The notes beneath the pieces are model-generated. The model was not told where the DNA came from, made no database searches, and worked only from the letters and a program-made list of their open reading frames with translations. A stretch of 64,000 nucleotides of DNA, from NCBI GenBank assembly GCA_011109175.1, contig RDEW01000013.1, positions 227,476 to 291,475 of the forward strand, given 5' to 3'. The position numbers and the translations under genes are program-made. This document shows, one piece after another, positions 13,700 through 26,976 of this stretch. How positions within the stretch are numbered: the first letter of the stretch is position 1; every line of letters starts with the position of its first letter. Origin of the DNA: Dicyema japonicum. Lineage: Eukaryota; Animalia; Dicyemida.

Positions 13700-16047
13700 T
13701 AACTATTAGCTTGCGTCATGTGTTTCACCGTTTCTGGTGGCGTCGGATATAGTCCTAAACTATATCTAAAAAGAACCATTTGCTCCTACCAACCAGAGGA
13801 CTTCCCACTGCACGGCATTCTCTCACTGTTGGAACATTTTATCGATTGAGACTGTTGACCTCAGGAGACGTGGAACAAAAGGCCCAAAGAAGTTAACAAT
13901 CCAAAGCTTAAACATAAACGATCAGAGGAAAGATTGCCGAACTTTTCTTATTCTTGGAGAGGAACAGAGTAGACATCTGCCTTCTCCAGGAAACGAAGCT
14001 TTCAAAAAACATTCCTACTCCTCTCGTTAACGGATACAACACAGTAAGATCTGACCTCCCATCTGGCCAAGGAGGGGGTCTACTGATTCTTTGACAAAAC
14101 GAATTAAATACCTCCAGAACCCTTCTTCTTACAAGAGCCTAATGGAAGACTCGAACACAGAGATAATTGGAATCTCTGTTGTAACTTCCATTGGAAAAAT
14201 TGAAATTGCGAATATTTATGTTCCTCCTCTGGCTTCTGTAAGAAAAATCTCTGCTTTGACCTATCGACCTTGGACAAACTGGAGAACTTGCTTTTATGTG
14301 GAGAACTGAATGCGAAGCACCCTTCTTGGTTCCTCTACCAATCGCTGACAACAGAGGTAACCTGCTGTCATCCCAAACACAAAACTAATAATCATCAACA
14401 ATCCGAAAAAGATCACTAGGACACCATACAACACGAAGGACATGGTGACATCTTCGGACTTATCAATTGCTCGCCTCGTCTTTTCCCGATCATTAATTGG
14501 GCGGTCCGTTATGATTTCCGGAGTGACCACCATTAAATGATAATGAAGCTGAACTGAGAGCTACGTTTTGTACCGAAGCCTATTAATTTCTATGATTACA
14601 AAAATGCAAATTGGACTGGCTTTACAAATTTCGGTGATTTAAAACTGCAACATTTCCACCCTGAAAATTTTTTCTCCATAGACAAAACTGTATACTCTTT
14701 CAACAAAACAATCATTGACGGAGAAATATTTTTATCAAAAAAGCATATATAAAAAACGAAAAATTAAAATACGACTCAAATACAAAGAAAATAATTATCG
14801 AAAGAAACAACCTTAAGATCGTTCACGATATTGAAACCGGGAAGACCGAAGAACGATCCCGGCTCTTACAGACCAGTTTCTTATATGTGTTTTGTCGAGG
14901 ATCCTGGAGAAACTGGTCCTAAAACTTATTCGCCCTTCTCTCCCACATCCTACATTCCAACATGGCTTCAAGGAAGGATTATCAACAATTTCCTTCCAAC
15001 AACATTAATGAAGTTCATAACTGAAAGACACAAGAACAAGCCAAAACAGGAAAAATCGGTCATATGTACAATCGACATTCAAAAAGCAATCGACTCTGTC
15101 CCAAGGAAGATTTTCATACAAAAATTATTTTTGACGAATATTGATGCACCACTAAAGTTATGGATAGCAAATTTCTTAAATGGACGCTGAGGGAAAGTGT
15201 GCGTCGTAAACAAGAGTTCCAGATCGAGATTATTACCCAATGGTGTACCCCAGGGATCTCCTCTGTCACCAATCCTCTTTAATTTGTTTTCGAATGATCT
15301 GCCCGTACCTATGAATAATAATATCATGCTACTTTCCTATGCCGATGACATAGTTGTCGCATCTAGAGACGTAAACGTCGAACATGCTAAAAAAGACTAC
15401 AAGGAATACTAAATAACATAAAATGGATGGTTGTACGAAAATCGATTAAATGCATGTTACGGAAAGTCACCAGTCACTCTATTTACTAAGAATAGAAAGA
15501 TGGGAACGCAAGCAATTGATGTCACGTTAAATGGAGTACCTATACCACAAAAAAAATAGCAGAAGATACTAGGAGTAACTTTTGATATTTTCCTCTGCTT
15601 CTCAGCCCATGTGGAATCTATCATATCAACCTGTGCAAAGAAGATTAATTTTGTAAAAGCCTTCCTTTGGAACTGTGGAGGAATTTATCCGCCAGGTATC
15701 GGGACCCTCTACAAGCAGTATGTCGAGCCAACAATAGGCTATGCATGTGCTGCATGGGGATCTAACCTGTCGGCAACGAACCTAACAAAAATTCAAGATA
15801 TCCAGTCAAGAGCAATAAAATTACTGGAAAAATATACAGATAAAGAAATTGCCCCCAGAGCACTCGAGTCTATCATAGAGGCAAATGAAGACAATTTCAG
15901 AAGAGGATGGGAAAAAGACCCCCGTCCGTATAGAAAATGTGTGGGATCACGGTCGGAGCATCGAGAAAAAATGGCCCAATTATTGAGAGATGTCGGGATC
16001 ACCTGAATATTAGTTAGTGGTTTTTTGGCTTAAATAATAATAATAAT
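13700..16047 (+). mobile_element. Ingi/Vingi-like LINE, internally degraded, with 9-bp TSD
   Basis: APE (IANIYVPP), RT (GVPQGSPLSP, LLSYADD), ORF ending VGIT*, (TAA)n tail. AATTATGGT at 13691-13699 and 16048-16056. Decayed 2A motif at 13864-13886. Confidence 0.85.
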
Positions 16048-16129
16048 AATTATGGTCATTTAGTATTCGGATTGAATCATAAAATAATCATAAAAAATAA
16101 CGGTAAGCATGTTTGACGTTAAAAAAATT

Positions 16130-16830
16130 AAATTAATCCCAAAAACCACTGTTAAACCGAAAAAAACTAAACTAAGTGATCCCGACGAATTGGATCAAGG
16201 CTCTCATCTTTGCTCGGTGTCGAAAAAATTTAACAAAAATTAAGTATTTTTAGATTAAAAAGTTAAAATTTTAATTGATAAAATTTTATATATTTTATTT
16301 CGTCTAAAACTTCCTTAAAATATCAAAGACCTGAATTGTTAGACATTTTTTACGTTTCTTTATTTTTTATTATTGATTGAATTTATTGCAGGGTTTTCTG
16401 TGTTTTTGCAAAGAACCAGGAAACCCAGTTGGCTATGCTCGAACGGGGGAAAGTCATAAATAAGGACACCTCGACTGAGTTCTTTTGTAAGCATTCAAGG
16501 AAGTGTTACCATTTTACAGTTGTGACATTGGAAAGACCAAACAAGGAGGGTATGAGGATTAATTGAAACTGGGATCACTTAATAAGTGTTTTTACCATCT
16601 TTCTGGGTGATATTGGAGTTCTCAAAAAATATTACGAATTTGGTTAGGATTAGGAAATGAGTTAAAATAAATTAGAGAACAGGTTAAGGCCGATTTGGGA
16701 ATGAGTTAATTATAAAATGGTATTTATTTCATCAAATTGAAGTTATTTGAGAGATGCCGGGATCACCTGAATATTAGTTATTGGTTAAGACGGTGTTTCT
16801 TTGGCTTAATTAATAATAATAATAATTCGT
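16130..16830. mobile_element. Cluster of short LINE 3'-end fragments (both strands)
   Basis: Three GGGATCAC-containing ends (about 16130-16230 minus, 16400-16600 plus, 16750-16830 plus). The last resembles 15985-16045 and has a (TAA)n tail. Confidence 0.55.
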
Positions 16831-16949
16831 GAGAGACTAGAGATTAAGCAAATTTATCTATTTGTTGAGTGGTCTTTAAATGTGTGGTAGATAGTCGGCC
16901 CATGAAGGAGAACGACTAGTTACTATGGATTATTTGCATGTTTATTATT

Positions 16950-18150
16950 GGACACAATGTTTTAGAGTTAGATTTATTAATATTCTTTAATTGGTTGGTT
17001 TTCACCTCAAAGTATCACTTGCAGGCTCTAGATAACTAGTTCGATGTGGTACAGAAAATGGTTGGTTAATTAGAGGCTATGGTTTTCAGCTTTTTTGCTT
17101 TATCCCAGATGTTATTCCTAGCAACTATTTATGTCGCCTCTGATAGTCATTGTTCAATGTTTGTCCACATCTTCCTGCGAGGCGATTGACAGTTTTCCTA
17201 GTGGAGTACACTTTGCAAAAATAAGTATGACATAACAATCCCTCTGATGTGTGGAAGTTGTTTTCGTGTATTAACCAAGGGAGACTTGTGTACGTCGATA
17301 TTGATGTAATCCAAGAAATTAAAGAGGACTGAGTCGATATGGATTTAATGTCCTGTAGAATTCCAGCATTCCTTAGATAATAACTCGAATTCTCAAAGTC
17401 TTGTAAGAATAGGAGAAATATTATCCACTTTTACCAACATCTTCGGTCTCTCAGCATCTTATGCCTTTCTTAAGCTTGGGTAGATCCAATGATCTATAAA
17501 TTCAAATTTGTAAGTTCGTATTCTACCGGTTCTATATTTATTAACCCCAGGCTTACAATCTTTGGTAAGCCCAGCACAAACAGTCACAACTAATTAATCC
17601 AGGGAACCCAAGGTTAAACGTCCGTTTGAGCCGACCAAATCCATCCTCCAATAGTCCATTACAGGCTTCCATTTCAGAAGAGAGGTGGAGAAGCCTCTTA
17701 CATTTTCATCAATGTCCTCCGGTCGCGGACATCACTTCATTTTTAGGCGGAAGAGTTTTCATAACGATAATCTTCACCAGTGGAGTTGGTCAGGGATCGA
17801 TTAATCCGATGTAATAATTGTGAGGAGGTAGAGTATGTTCAATGATAACTCTAATTGAGTTTAGGATTTGCCTTTTCTTAAGTCCACTGTAAATTAGCAC
17901 ACTTCCTTTTTCGTCAATGGTGTTGTTTTCCAGAAATCCATGGTATCGATAGCCATTTATCAAAGAGTATAGCTTCGGTTGAGAAGTCTCAGTCTCTTTT
18001 AAAACCTCCGAAGAAGTAGTGAGAAGGAAAAAATAATTAAGGAATGCAATCGCGAAGTGACTCAGACCTTCGGAAACGGAGATGGAATCGCCATTGTCCG
18101 AGGCAATTCCCAGTTTCTCTTGGCATCTGAACCCTTATTTGTTCCTATGT
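16950..18150 (-). pseudogene. Divergent F5/8 type C (discoidin)-like gene or pseudogene
   Basis: Minus-strand reads CQEKLGIASDNGDSISVSE, KWKPVMDYWRMDLVG (cf. LRMELLGC) and LDYINIDVHK...HIRGIV (cf. WLQVDL...ITGI). Frames are broken. Homologous pieces occur elsewhere in the window. Confidence 0.35.
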
Positions 18151-19029
18151 TTTCGTTTGAATAAATTTGATTTTAGTAAAAAAACTTAAATTATTTTTTA
18201 GGATTTGCGATGATAGAGCCACCATGTAATATTCCCTTCATTATTTTAATTTTTACAATTTCATTTTGATTTTAACTTGACTTTTCACTTTGTAGCTAAA
18301 TTCACCACGAAACTCACAACAAGAAAGTCCAAATTATCAAGGACATAGAAAATCATGATTGACTGAGTAATAAGCTTTATTCACGTCGGCCAGCTAATTT
18401 TAAATATATTGGTTTAGTGTTACCAGTTCCTTATCCATGATGTCATCAGATGTTATGAATAGACGACAACAGGTCCCTAAGTGATTATCATTGGCGTGTT
18501 TCAATGACGTCAGACAATGTACACGTAATTTGGCACATACATGATAATGTAAAATCCCACTGTAACTAATCATCTGGAGTGTATTCCTTTTGTCTTAGTA
18601 AAGGGGGGTCATGGATTGAAGTGAACCTTTTTGAAAAAAGCTATACACATCATTGAATCCACTTGGTCTTCAGTTTGACATCAGTTCAAGTATTTCGAGT
18701 ATGATTTCTTTGCATAACTCCGTATACATATCTTCTGTCTGCATAACTCTTGTTGTAAGTGCGGTTTCTCTTCTCTCCCGTTTCTCCTAGATATCCTCCC
18801 AAGATGAGAAGCAAATTGTTCGCTAGGTTTCAGTGAAAATATCTTTGGTTAATTTCGAAGCACAAATTGTATTTTTTGAATATTTTGGACTTAAACTCTT
18901 CATTGGGCAAGAAATAATAGTTAGAGAAGATAAACCTTTTGTCCTTTTCGAGGCCTTGTGGCGGCGTTTTCGGGACGCCTCTCTCATCTTCCCTTATCAT
19001 GTCCTATTCCTGAATTCTGTGGTTACGGA

Positions 19030-20420
19030 GGATCTTCTCGATTACCTCCTGTAGATCCTTTAAATCCTATACAGTATTTTTGGTGCCCTGTAAGACATTT
19101 CTAAAGAATACCGGACCTTCCACAGATATTCGTACTATATTTCGCGTTTTTCACTGTGATACCAGAAGTGCGCACCGTAGGTGAGCATGGCGTTGAACAC
19201 TTTGGCCCGGCCATTACGACTCAACTGAAAAGCCATCAATGCTACTAGTCTATGCACAGCCCGCCTCTTTACGAAAGCAGCGTGCTCCAGGAAACTACAC
19301 TTGGAATTGAAAGTCACTTCAAGGTACTTCATCTGCACTATAAGGTATTAGATTATTAGACCGCTTAGAGTGGCCAAAAACCTGTATTTTTCAGGCCTGA
19401 GCCCTCTGCTGTCACATCAGCGTATGGTTGCATCAATAGCGTCTTGCATCCTCGGTCAAGCCACATCTGGTTTCCACGAGTGATCCCAGAGTACTATGTC
19501 ATTAGCATAGATAGCCATTTCAGTTCTCACATTGGCTTGGTGAGGGAGCGTCGCCATATACACATTGAAAAAGGTGGGCTCAACACCGACCCTTGTGGAA
19601 CTCCCCGGTTAGATCTACACAAACTAGATAAACAAACTTTATGCCTCACGAAGTTCATCCGGTCTTCCAAGAAGCTGGATATCTAGTTTCTTAGCTCCAG
19701 AAGGCATTCTTGTCTCGACTAGGGCTCATCTGAGGCCGTCGTGCCAGAGCGAGTCGAACCCCCTCCACATCAGGAAACAGCGCAATTGTAAACTGCTTCA
19801 TTTTTCCTCTGGCAGGGGATCTGAGAGATTAACCTTCAAAGCAATCACCAAAGGATGGCCCCTCAAGGAACCCTATCTGAAGGTCTGAAAAGGTGTCTTT
19901 TATTATGCATTCGTGGGCTAACCTCTGGTGTATCACTCTCTAAGATTTTAGCAACGGCAGGCAACAGGCTAATAGGGGATAGCAACTAGGGTCTTAAAAG
20001 TTTTCTTGGTTTTCTTATAAAAACCAGTTCAGCCTCCTTCCAATGACTAGGAACGTAACCCAACCTGGAGATACCGTTATACAGTCTTATAATTCCCTCC
20101 AGTAAACTTACAGGTGCGTGCTTGAAGAGGGCCATCGGAATTTTTTCCTGGCACGGCGTGTTGTTCTTAGACTTTTGTATAGCAGCTAGGATATTGCCTA
20201 GAAAGCAGCGTTGAGCATCATTTCGGAACCATTCCAGAGGAGGGCGAAGGCATTCTCCCTTGTAGTATTTTATCTAATGTTTTCTGATACAAAGGGTACT
20301 CCCTTGTAAATCCTTATCCAATATTTTCTGATACAAATGGTATCTTGTATGGCTCGCCCTGTGTCATTCCCCGCACAGTTCACGCACTTGAGAGACCTGT
20401 CTTTTGACTGAAAGGTCTTG
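19030..20420 (-). mobile_element. Degraded APE-type LINE RT fragment
   Basis: GVPQGSVLSP on the minus strand near 19575-19605. MKYLEVTFNSKCSF thumb motif in ORF 19135-19338. Confidence 0.75.
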
Positions 20421-21246
20421 TATAAATTCTAATTAAGGAAATTTTCTTTATAAGTGCAGTAGGAGCTGGTGTGGCCGAATTTTTGGCATCTTTAGCACTG
20501 GATTGCTACGGGTCGTTCTCTGGACACACCGAACTAAAATAACCCACACGTATCTTCCCAAGGCAGATCCTTTCTGCCTCTGCATCAGAACATAGCCAGA
20601 CCTTCTTTGTGAACCCCAGCAACATTTTGGATTCTCCACGTTTTATGACTCTTCCGTGCCAAAAGTTGCCAGATTGCTTAAGGAACAGAGAAGCATCACC
20701 ACTCCTATCTTCGAGACCTCCACCCAAACCAGTGTAGTGAATTCTAATTTTACCTGTTTTGAGGTTCTTCTTCGATATGTGCTTTCTGGAAAGATTCTAG
20801 GAAACAAATGGCTTTTTATGGCCATTTGCGGTTTCTGGACCCGAACCGAGCATTTTTTGTGGTTTTGTGAAAATCGCAGACTTCACTTCCTACAATAGTC
20901 CAGCCTACTGTCATCGAAAGGGCAGGTTGAGTGTCCATTGGCTGAGGTGGAGCCCCATCATGGAGTCCGACTTTTCAGCGAGCAGACACAACCTGTTCTA
21001 CCACTGATTGTGGGGGAATCCCCACCAGAGTTTCTTTCTCGACCCGGCGGAACTTTTTCAAGCCCCAAATTCCACTAAATAAGCTTGTTGCAAGAGTGTT
21101 AGTCCTTAAGATTTCTCCAACACAATCAATGGAACACTGGTTCGCTAACTTTTTCGGAAATGTTTTTATTTGTTCAAAAATTTTTTTAATTAAAATCTGT
21201 CCATTTATCCGCGAGTTTTCATGCCACATATACATTGATTATTTAG

Positions 21247-21354
21247 GGAATGCTGGAATTCTACAGGACATTAAATTCATATCGACTCAGTCCTCTTTAA
21301 TTTCTTAGATTACATCAATATCGACGTACACAAGTCTCCCATGGTTAATACACG
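21247..21354 (+). repeat. 108-bp inverted copy of 17265-17372
   Basis: Near-identical to the reverse complement of 17265-17372 (ggaatgctggaattctacaggac...gttaatacacg). Confidence 0.9.
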
Positions 21355-21454
21355 GAATAAGTATATAGATAATATTAAATGCTTGATTAAGTTATTCAAA
21401 AATCAAAAATTAAGAAAATGAAAATCCTTGATTAACGTAAATTAATTTGATCTC

Positions 21455-22420
21455 TTAGAGTTCTCCAGCATCCGAAGTATCATCTTCAAATTTGGTTTCC
21501 GGCCTTTTTATGAAATTTGGCGGTTCGATATTTATTTTTGCACTTCTCGCATTCAGTTCGGATAAATCAATATGACCGTCCTTTAATCATTAAATTTTAA
21601 AACATTGTTTGTGTCGATTGATTTTAAAAATTGAGAAGCCTGATTTTCAATATCCTGTGACTTGGTATAATGATGGTATGCCAATTCATCCACATCAACA
21701 TAGTTGTCATGGTTTTTGTCCATAACATTATAAAACTCATTTTCATAATATTTTAGATTATCTCCGGGTAAGTCTCCATATTGGCCTGATTTAAAGCAAT
21801 ATCTTAATTACCCATGTATTCTTTAAGGGATAGTTTTCCATCACCGTCAGTGTCAAATTCATCCAAGAAATATGTCTGAAATTGAAGATAAAAATTACCC
21901 GAGCGTATAATTTTATGAGTTTTCTATTCTCCTTTATGTCCGCTAGAACTCTGAATTCATCTTTACTGATAAAACCGTCAGAGTTTTGATCAATCAATTC
22001 AAATTCAGCTGAACAATTTATGTCTGGTTTTAAAATAGTTCCATGACCTTTATTAACCCGGTAAATGCGAAAATTTTCCAGAGTTATTCCTTTTTCAGTT
22101 GGATACATATTATTGTATCGTTTATCTAATTCGGCTATATTTTCGTTCTTTACCACTTCCATAAACGATTCGTATGTTTCTTGTTGATTAAGTTTACCGT
22201 CAGAATTTTTGTCACCATGGTCCATTAGATATCTTAAATGTCAATAATATGCACTTTATTTTCAGCAAAACTGTTTTTTCATCAGTTATGTCGAAAATTC
22301 CAAGGAGTAATCTCATATTTTAATCGCATCATTTCCCTGGAAATTGTTAAATCATGAATTTACAATTTCATCAGTATTAGATCCGATCACTGCGAAAAAT
22401 AATAACAAATACGAAATCAT
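21455..22420 (-). CDS. CREC-family (reticulocalbin/calumenin-like) multi-EF-hand protein, copy 1
   Basis: Signal peptide MISYLLLFFAVIGS. EF loops DKNSDGKLNQQE, DQNSDGFISKDE, DTDGDGKLSLKE, DKNHDNYVDVDE. Ends DAGEL*. Introns 22-27 nt. -1 frameshift in an A4 run (22318-22321). Confidence 0.75.
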
Positions 22421-22557
22421 TTTTGATAATAAACACCCAAAAATTTATACTCAAATTCTTTTATTTTAATTTATGTTCGCCATTCTAAAATGAAATTGAA
22501 ATATTAATAATTATTATAATCAAATATATTGATTTATGTTTTGAACATCCACTATTA

Positions 22558-22620
22558 AGTGGTTCTCAACCAGGGCGATATCGCCCAAATTGGGCGGTTG
22601 GATATTTACTTTTGGGTGGT
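22558..22620 (+). mobile_element. hAT (Charlie/MER20-like) terminal fragment
   Basis: AGTGGTTCTCAACCAGGGCGAT resembles Charlie-type left TIR sequences. No partner end found. Confidence 0.45.
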
Positions 22621-22989
22621 GGAATTCTAAATTTTGACATACAAGAGCAGATGGTGCGCATAGATGGTGGTGACTCACAAAACATGATAGTCCATCTAAG
22701 AAGATTAAAATAATTATTTTGAATAACTGTACATTTAAGAAACATTTTTTATCTTTTTTGCACATTGTGGAGATTAGAATATTGATTAGGATTGATATGA
22801 GACTTAGGCATATTTAGGGTCGAGATTTAACCTAAGCATGATTAAGGATGGAATTAGACTTTTGCCTGGTTGGGTTAAGAATAGAATTAGACATGATTAG
22901 GGATGAGATTGTATATTGTAATTCTTATTATTATTACAGTTCAACCCATGCCTTAATAGAAAAGCACCCCAAATCTGATAGTTATCATT

Positions 22990-23400
22990 ATTATAACCCC
23001 GGGAACACAGGAAAGAAAAAAAAGTTATCGTCTAATTAAGTGATCCGATGTCAGTGCGTTCTCCTTTGTTTCGACTTTGTCAATTTTTATGATCGTCCAA
23101 AAGGGGGAAAATTTGATCTCAAATTTGCGAGCATCTTCTGGTAGGCAAGAAACTCATCTTCAAGGGGGCTACAGTAGATCACATCATTTTCAAGAATTTT
23201 TGTTGTTCGTCACCGAGATGTTCCATAACTTTTTTGAGATCTAACGTGTTCTTCATTTCTGACGTAGGCGTCATTCTGTCACATTTAAGAAGGATCCGGA
23301 GGCATTGGTTTTGTTCAGTCTTTTCCTGATTAACTTGCAGAGACCAATTCTTACTTCTCCAGGGATTTTCTCTAAAGCAATTCCAAGTTTCAGATCATTT
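22990..23400 (-). mobile_element. 3' fragment of Ingi/Vingi-like LINE
   Basis: Minus strand LQVNQEKTE...NQCLRILL, GGATCAC end motif and short TAA tail. Confidence 0.5.
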
Positions 23401-23459
23401 TCTAACACAAAATGGGGTTCTGTTTGTTACACATTTGGAGCTCGTTAACGTGGTTGTTA

Positions 23460-26400
23460 TGTGGTTATGCCTGTCGTTAAAAAAGCTCCTACAAAGAGGA
23501 TTACTAAAATCAAAAAGGCCACCTCTGGAGAGGTTTTAAAGAAAAGTTGTATTGAAAGCATCGAGGATCTGTCTCCGCAACCGTTAACTGTGAAAGACAA
23601 ACCCAAAACACCGTCTAGAGTGGAATCGACAGATCATTGTTTGACAGTTGAACTCTAGGCTATAGACAAGAGCATGGGGAGTATTAAACTTGCAAACCTG
23701 TTATGTGGATTGAAATCACTGAAAAACGTCAGAGTGACTGGAAAAGGCCTCGGTATTTTCCGATTGGAGTTTAAAGAAGAGTCAATAAAATCTCATTCGT
23801 TGAAGAGACTAATCTATTTTCTCCTTTCGGGAGGGGAAACCACAAGGTGATCGAAAGAGGCTTTCGGAAATTGTTCTAAAGAATGTGCCAATATGGATTG
23901 AGGAAGACGAACTTATGGCTTACATGAAAGAAATTGCTCCAACCACTGAGTCGGTGAAACGTATTGTAAGGAATGGAAGAAAACTCCCTGTTGTGAAGAT
24001 GAGCTTAAAGTCAAGGTCAGAAGCAATGTCCTTGATACGCCTGGGCATTGTCATTGGATGGATGGAAGTCGATTGTGAGTGGGCCAGAAGACCACCCCCA
24101 AGATGCTTTAATTGTCAATATTTCGGACACATTGCAAGACATTGCAATGGGGCAAAGAGATGTTTCTTATGTGGAGGACCATAGTTCACCGAAATGCCCA
24201 GAACCGAACAATAGAAGATCCTGTATCAACTGCGGATCTAGTGATCATGGAACGAGTTATGGTGGTTGTCCGGTTGCCAGGGAAGCCGTGGCCTCCACAG
24301 GCAGTGGAACCGAATGTCATGGGTTAGGAACATGGAGGAGACGAGAAAATCCTCCTCCGCCACATTACCTAGATACGAAGTCTAGTGAAAACAAGCAGAA
24401 CGCAATAAGCAAAAATCGACATCTAAAATACGATGTTATGAATCCAACACAGAAAAAACCAATTGTGGATAAAAATACCTGGAGGAGAAGCTAAAAAGGT
24501 CTTGCTGGGAATCTATTCCGAGGGCATCTGAAAGACAATCGAGAGAACTTACATATGTGATTAACCGTCTAAATGAAGAGTGTGATAAGGTAAACTTGGA
24601 TTTACTGCAAGTGGTGGCTTTGGTCCTGTAGAGATCAGGCCGCCAGTGAACCAAAACATAAGGATCATGCTCGTGAATGCCCGATCAATCTTGAGGAGGC
24701 ATCAAGAGCTAGCTTCCCTGGCGAATGCCGAGGAAGCTGATATGATAATTGTCAACGAAACGAAGATGAAGTCATATGAGAATACAGTACTCCCGGGTTT
24801 CGAATCGATATCTTTATACTGGAAAGAAGGGGCTATACCAGGGACTGGAACATCAATTTTTTATCGGTATCATCTGAAGACAAGGAATCCCAGAATTGTT
24901 TCATCAATTTGTTGTGAGTTTGTTCGTTGTGTCGACGGATGGCTCGCAATTGGCGGTATGTATTCCAAATCCTTGAGGGAATGTACCGGAGATATCTCCC
25001 AGTTTTTCAACGAAAACCCGATGGCCATACTGGGAGGTGATCTCAACTCCAAGAGCACTTCCTTTGGCTGCAAGAAGAGTAACAGGATGGCGAGCTCCTG
25101 ATGAAGCTATCTAAAGGCCTAGGAGTAAAAGTCCTTACATCGAAAGAGGATAACCATTTTTCTTCCTACGGGGGTGACAAGCTTGTTGTCTTCTTGATTT
25201 CCCCTGCTATTTCAGAATACGCTGACTCTTCCGGATTTTGGCAGTGACCACATTCCATTGCTAATATCCGTGGATATGAAAATGATTAATGAACCTGGAG
25301 TCTTTGTCGGTTACGATACCAAGAATCTAAACTGGAATCACTATAGGATGTTCATTGCAAAAGAATTGATGTCAGGGCATACCGAGCCCAAGACTCATCT
25401 GGAAATTGATAAAACAAGTAAACGAGTAACGGATTTGATATTATACTATCTGGATAACTTTGCTAGAAAAATATACTCAAGAAACGATAATGTTGTCCCT
25501 ATTCCATGGCACATCAAGAGAATTGTGTTGAAAAGAAATAATCTAAGAACTAAACTGAGGAGATGCGTAGACCCACAGGACCGCTTAGCCTTGTCTCACA
25601 AAATTGGGTGATTGCTTATTTCATCTCAACTCGAGTTATGCAAAGCCAGAAAATTTAAATGTTTCTTGAATGTCATATGTCTCGACATATCAAAAGCATT
25701 TGTTAACCACAGAGCAATAATCGATCAGTTATCTCGGACGGGGAGCCCAAAGGAACTAGTGAATTGGGTGAAAGTATACCTAGAAGGAAGAAAATCATAT
25801 GTTTGATACGGACGCTATTTTTCAAATATGATGTTATTGAAGAGAAGAGAAATCCCACAAAGATCAATTTTGAGCCCTATATTGTTTAATGTTCTAATGG
25901 CCAGTTTCCCGTCTCCGTCTACACCGAGTACGAGATCTCTGGTATACGCAGACGACGTGCTACTGTCTGATATGTCGAGATCGAGCACGATCTCAGAAAG
26001 GAGACTCAATATGTACATGGAAGAGATAAAAGACTGGTCTTCATGGGTTAAAACTGTCAGAAGAAAAATCTAGTGCAATAATGTTCCTCGGTCGGAATGA
26101 TAAAGTAAATCAGAAAAACTCCATATGCGGAATCAACATTGTGAGCTCCCTGAAGTATCTCGGAACAGCTTTTGAGAAATCTGTGAGCACATTGTGCGAT
26201 TTTAAACTCAAAAGGAAAAAAAGCCCACCATGCGTTATTGTGTATGAGGAAATTGAGACTCGAAACGGATTTGTTTTTATTTATTTTTTCACGTACTATC
26301 ATTGAATCACTCCTTTATGGACTGGAAGGATGGTATTACATTGCATACAAACAGCGTTTTATCTTGGAGAGCAGGGATCAAGATTGCCTTACACAAATGG

Positions 26401-26620
26401 ATCGACGAGAAGCTAGATGAATATGAAAATTTGCTAGTAATGTCGATAATAGATGCAGCAAAAAAATGATGGAAAACTACCTGAAAAGAGATGCCATCAT
26501 TTACTCGTATTTTGCAGCACAGAATAAACGATAAAAGAGGTCTGAGAACGCAGAGAAGAGTCCAAGCGTTTGCGGGACTTGCGGCATGAGGCCAAATAAC
26601 TCCCTCTTTAATTTTTCCTT
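23460..26620 (+). mobile_element. Two-ORF LINE (gag-like ORF1 with CCHC knuckles + APE-RT ORF2), degraded
   Basis: ORF1 RCFNCQYFGHIARHC, RCFLCGGP(H) and CINCGSSDH knuckles. ORF2 IMLVNARS, GGDLNSK, LDISKAF, IPQRSILSP, YADD. Many frameshifts. Confidence 0.9.
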
Positions 26621-26639
26621 GCTAATAAAGTTTTGAAAG

Positions 26640-26830
26640 TTAAAGTAAAGTTATCCTTCACATTTTGTTCTAAGAGCTCTCAATGCCGCATCCAGGTATA
26701 CGACAAATAGAACCGGAGATAGAGCCCCCGAGGTATTCCAACTGTTGTCCCAAAAGGCATCAATGTCGTGTCCCCAACTCGTACAGTTAATTCAGTATTA
26801 GGAAACGGACAAATCTTATCAAGGAAACCC
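26640..26830 (-). mobile_element. RTE RT fragment
   Basis: Minus strand FGTTVGIP..LSPVLFVVYLDAALRAL. Confidence 0.6.
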
Positions 26831-26976
26831 CCAGCAACGTCCAAGAAGCATAATTTATTTTTTTAATAAATAAAATTAAATAAATGAAAATAGATAATGT
26901 TAAATGCCTTTTTAACTTATTTAATAATCAAAAATTAAAAATGAAAATCCTTATTAAATAAAATTAATTAGATCTT

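Noticed and set aside
22770-22930. Interstitial telomeric array
   Set aside because: The TTAGG words are scattered, not tandem.
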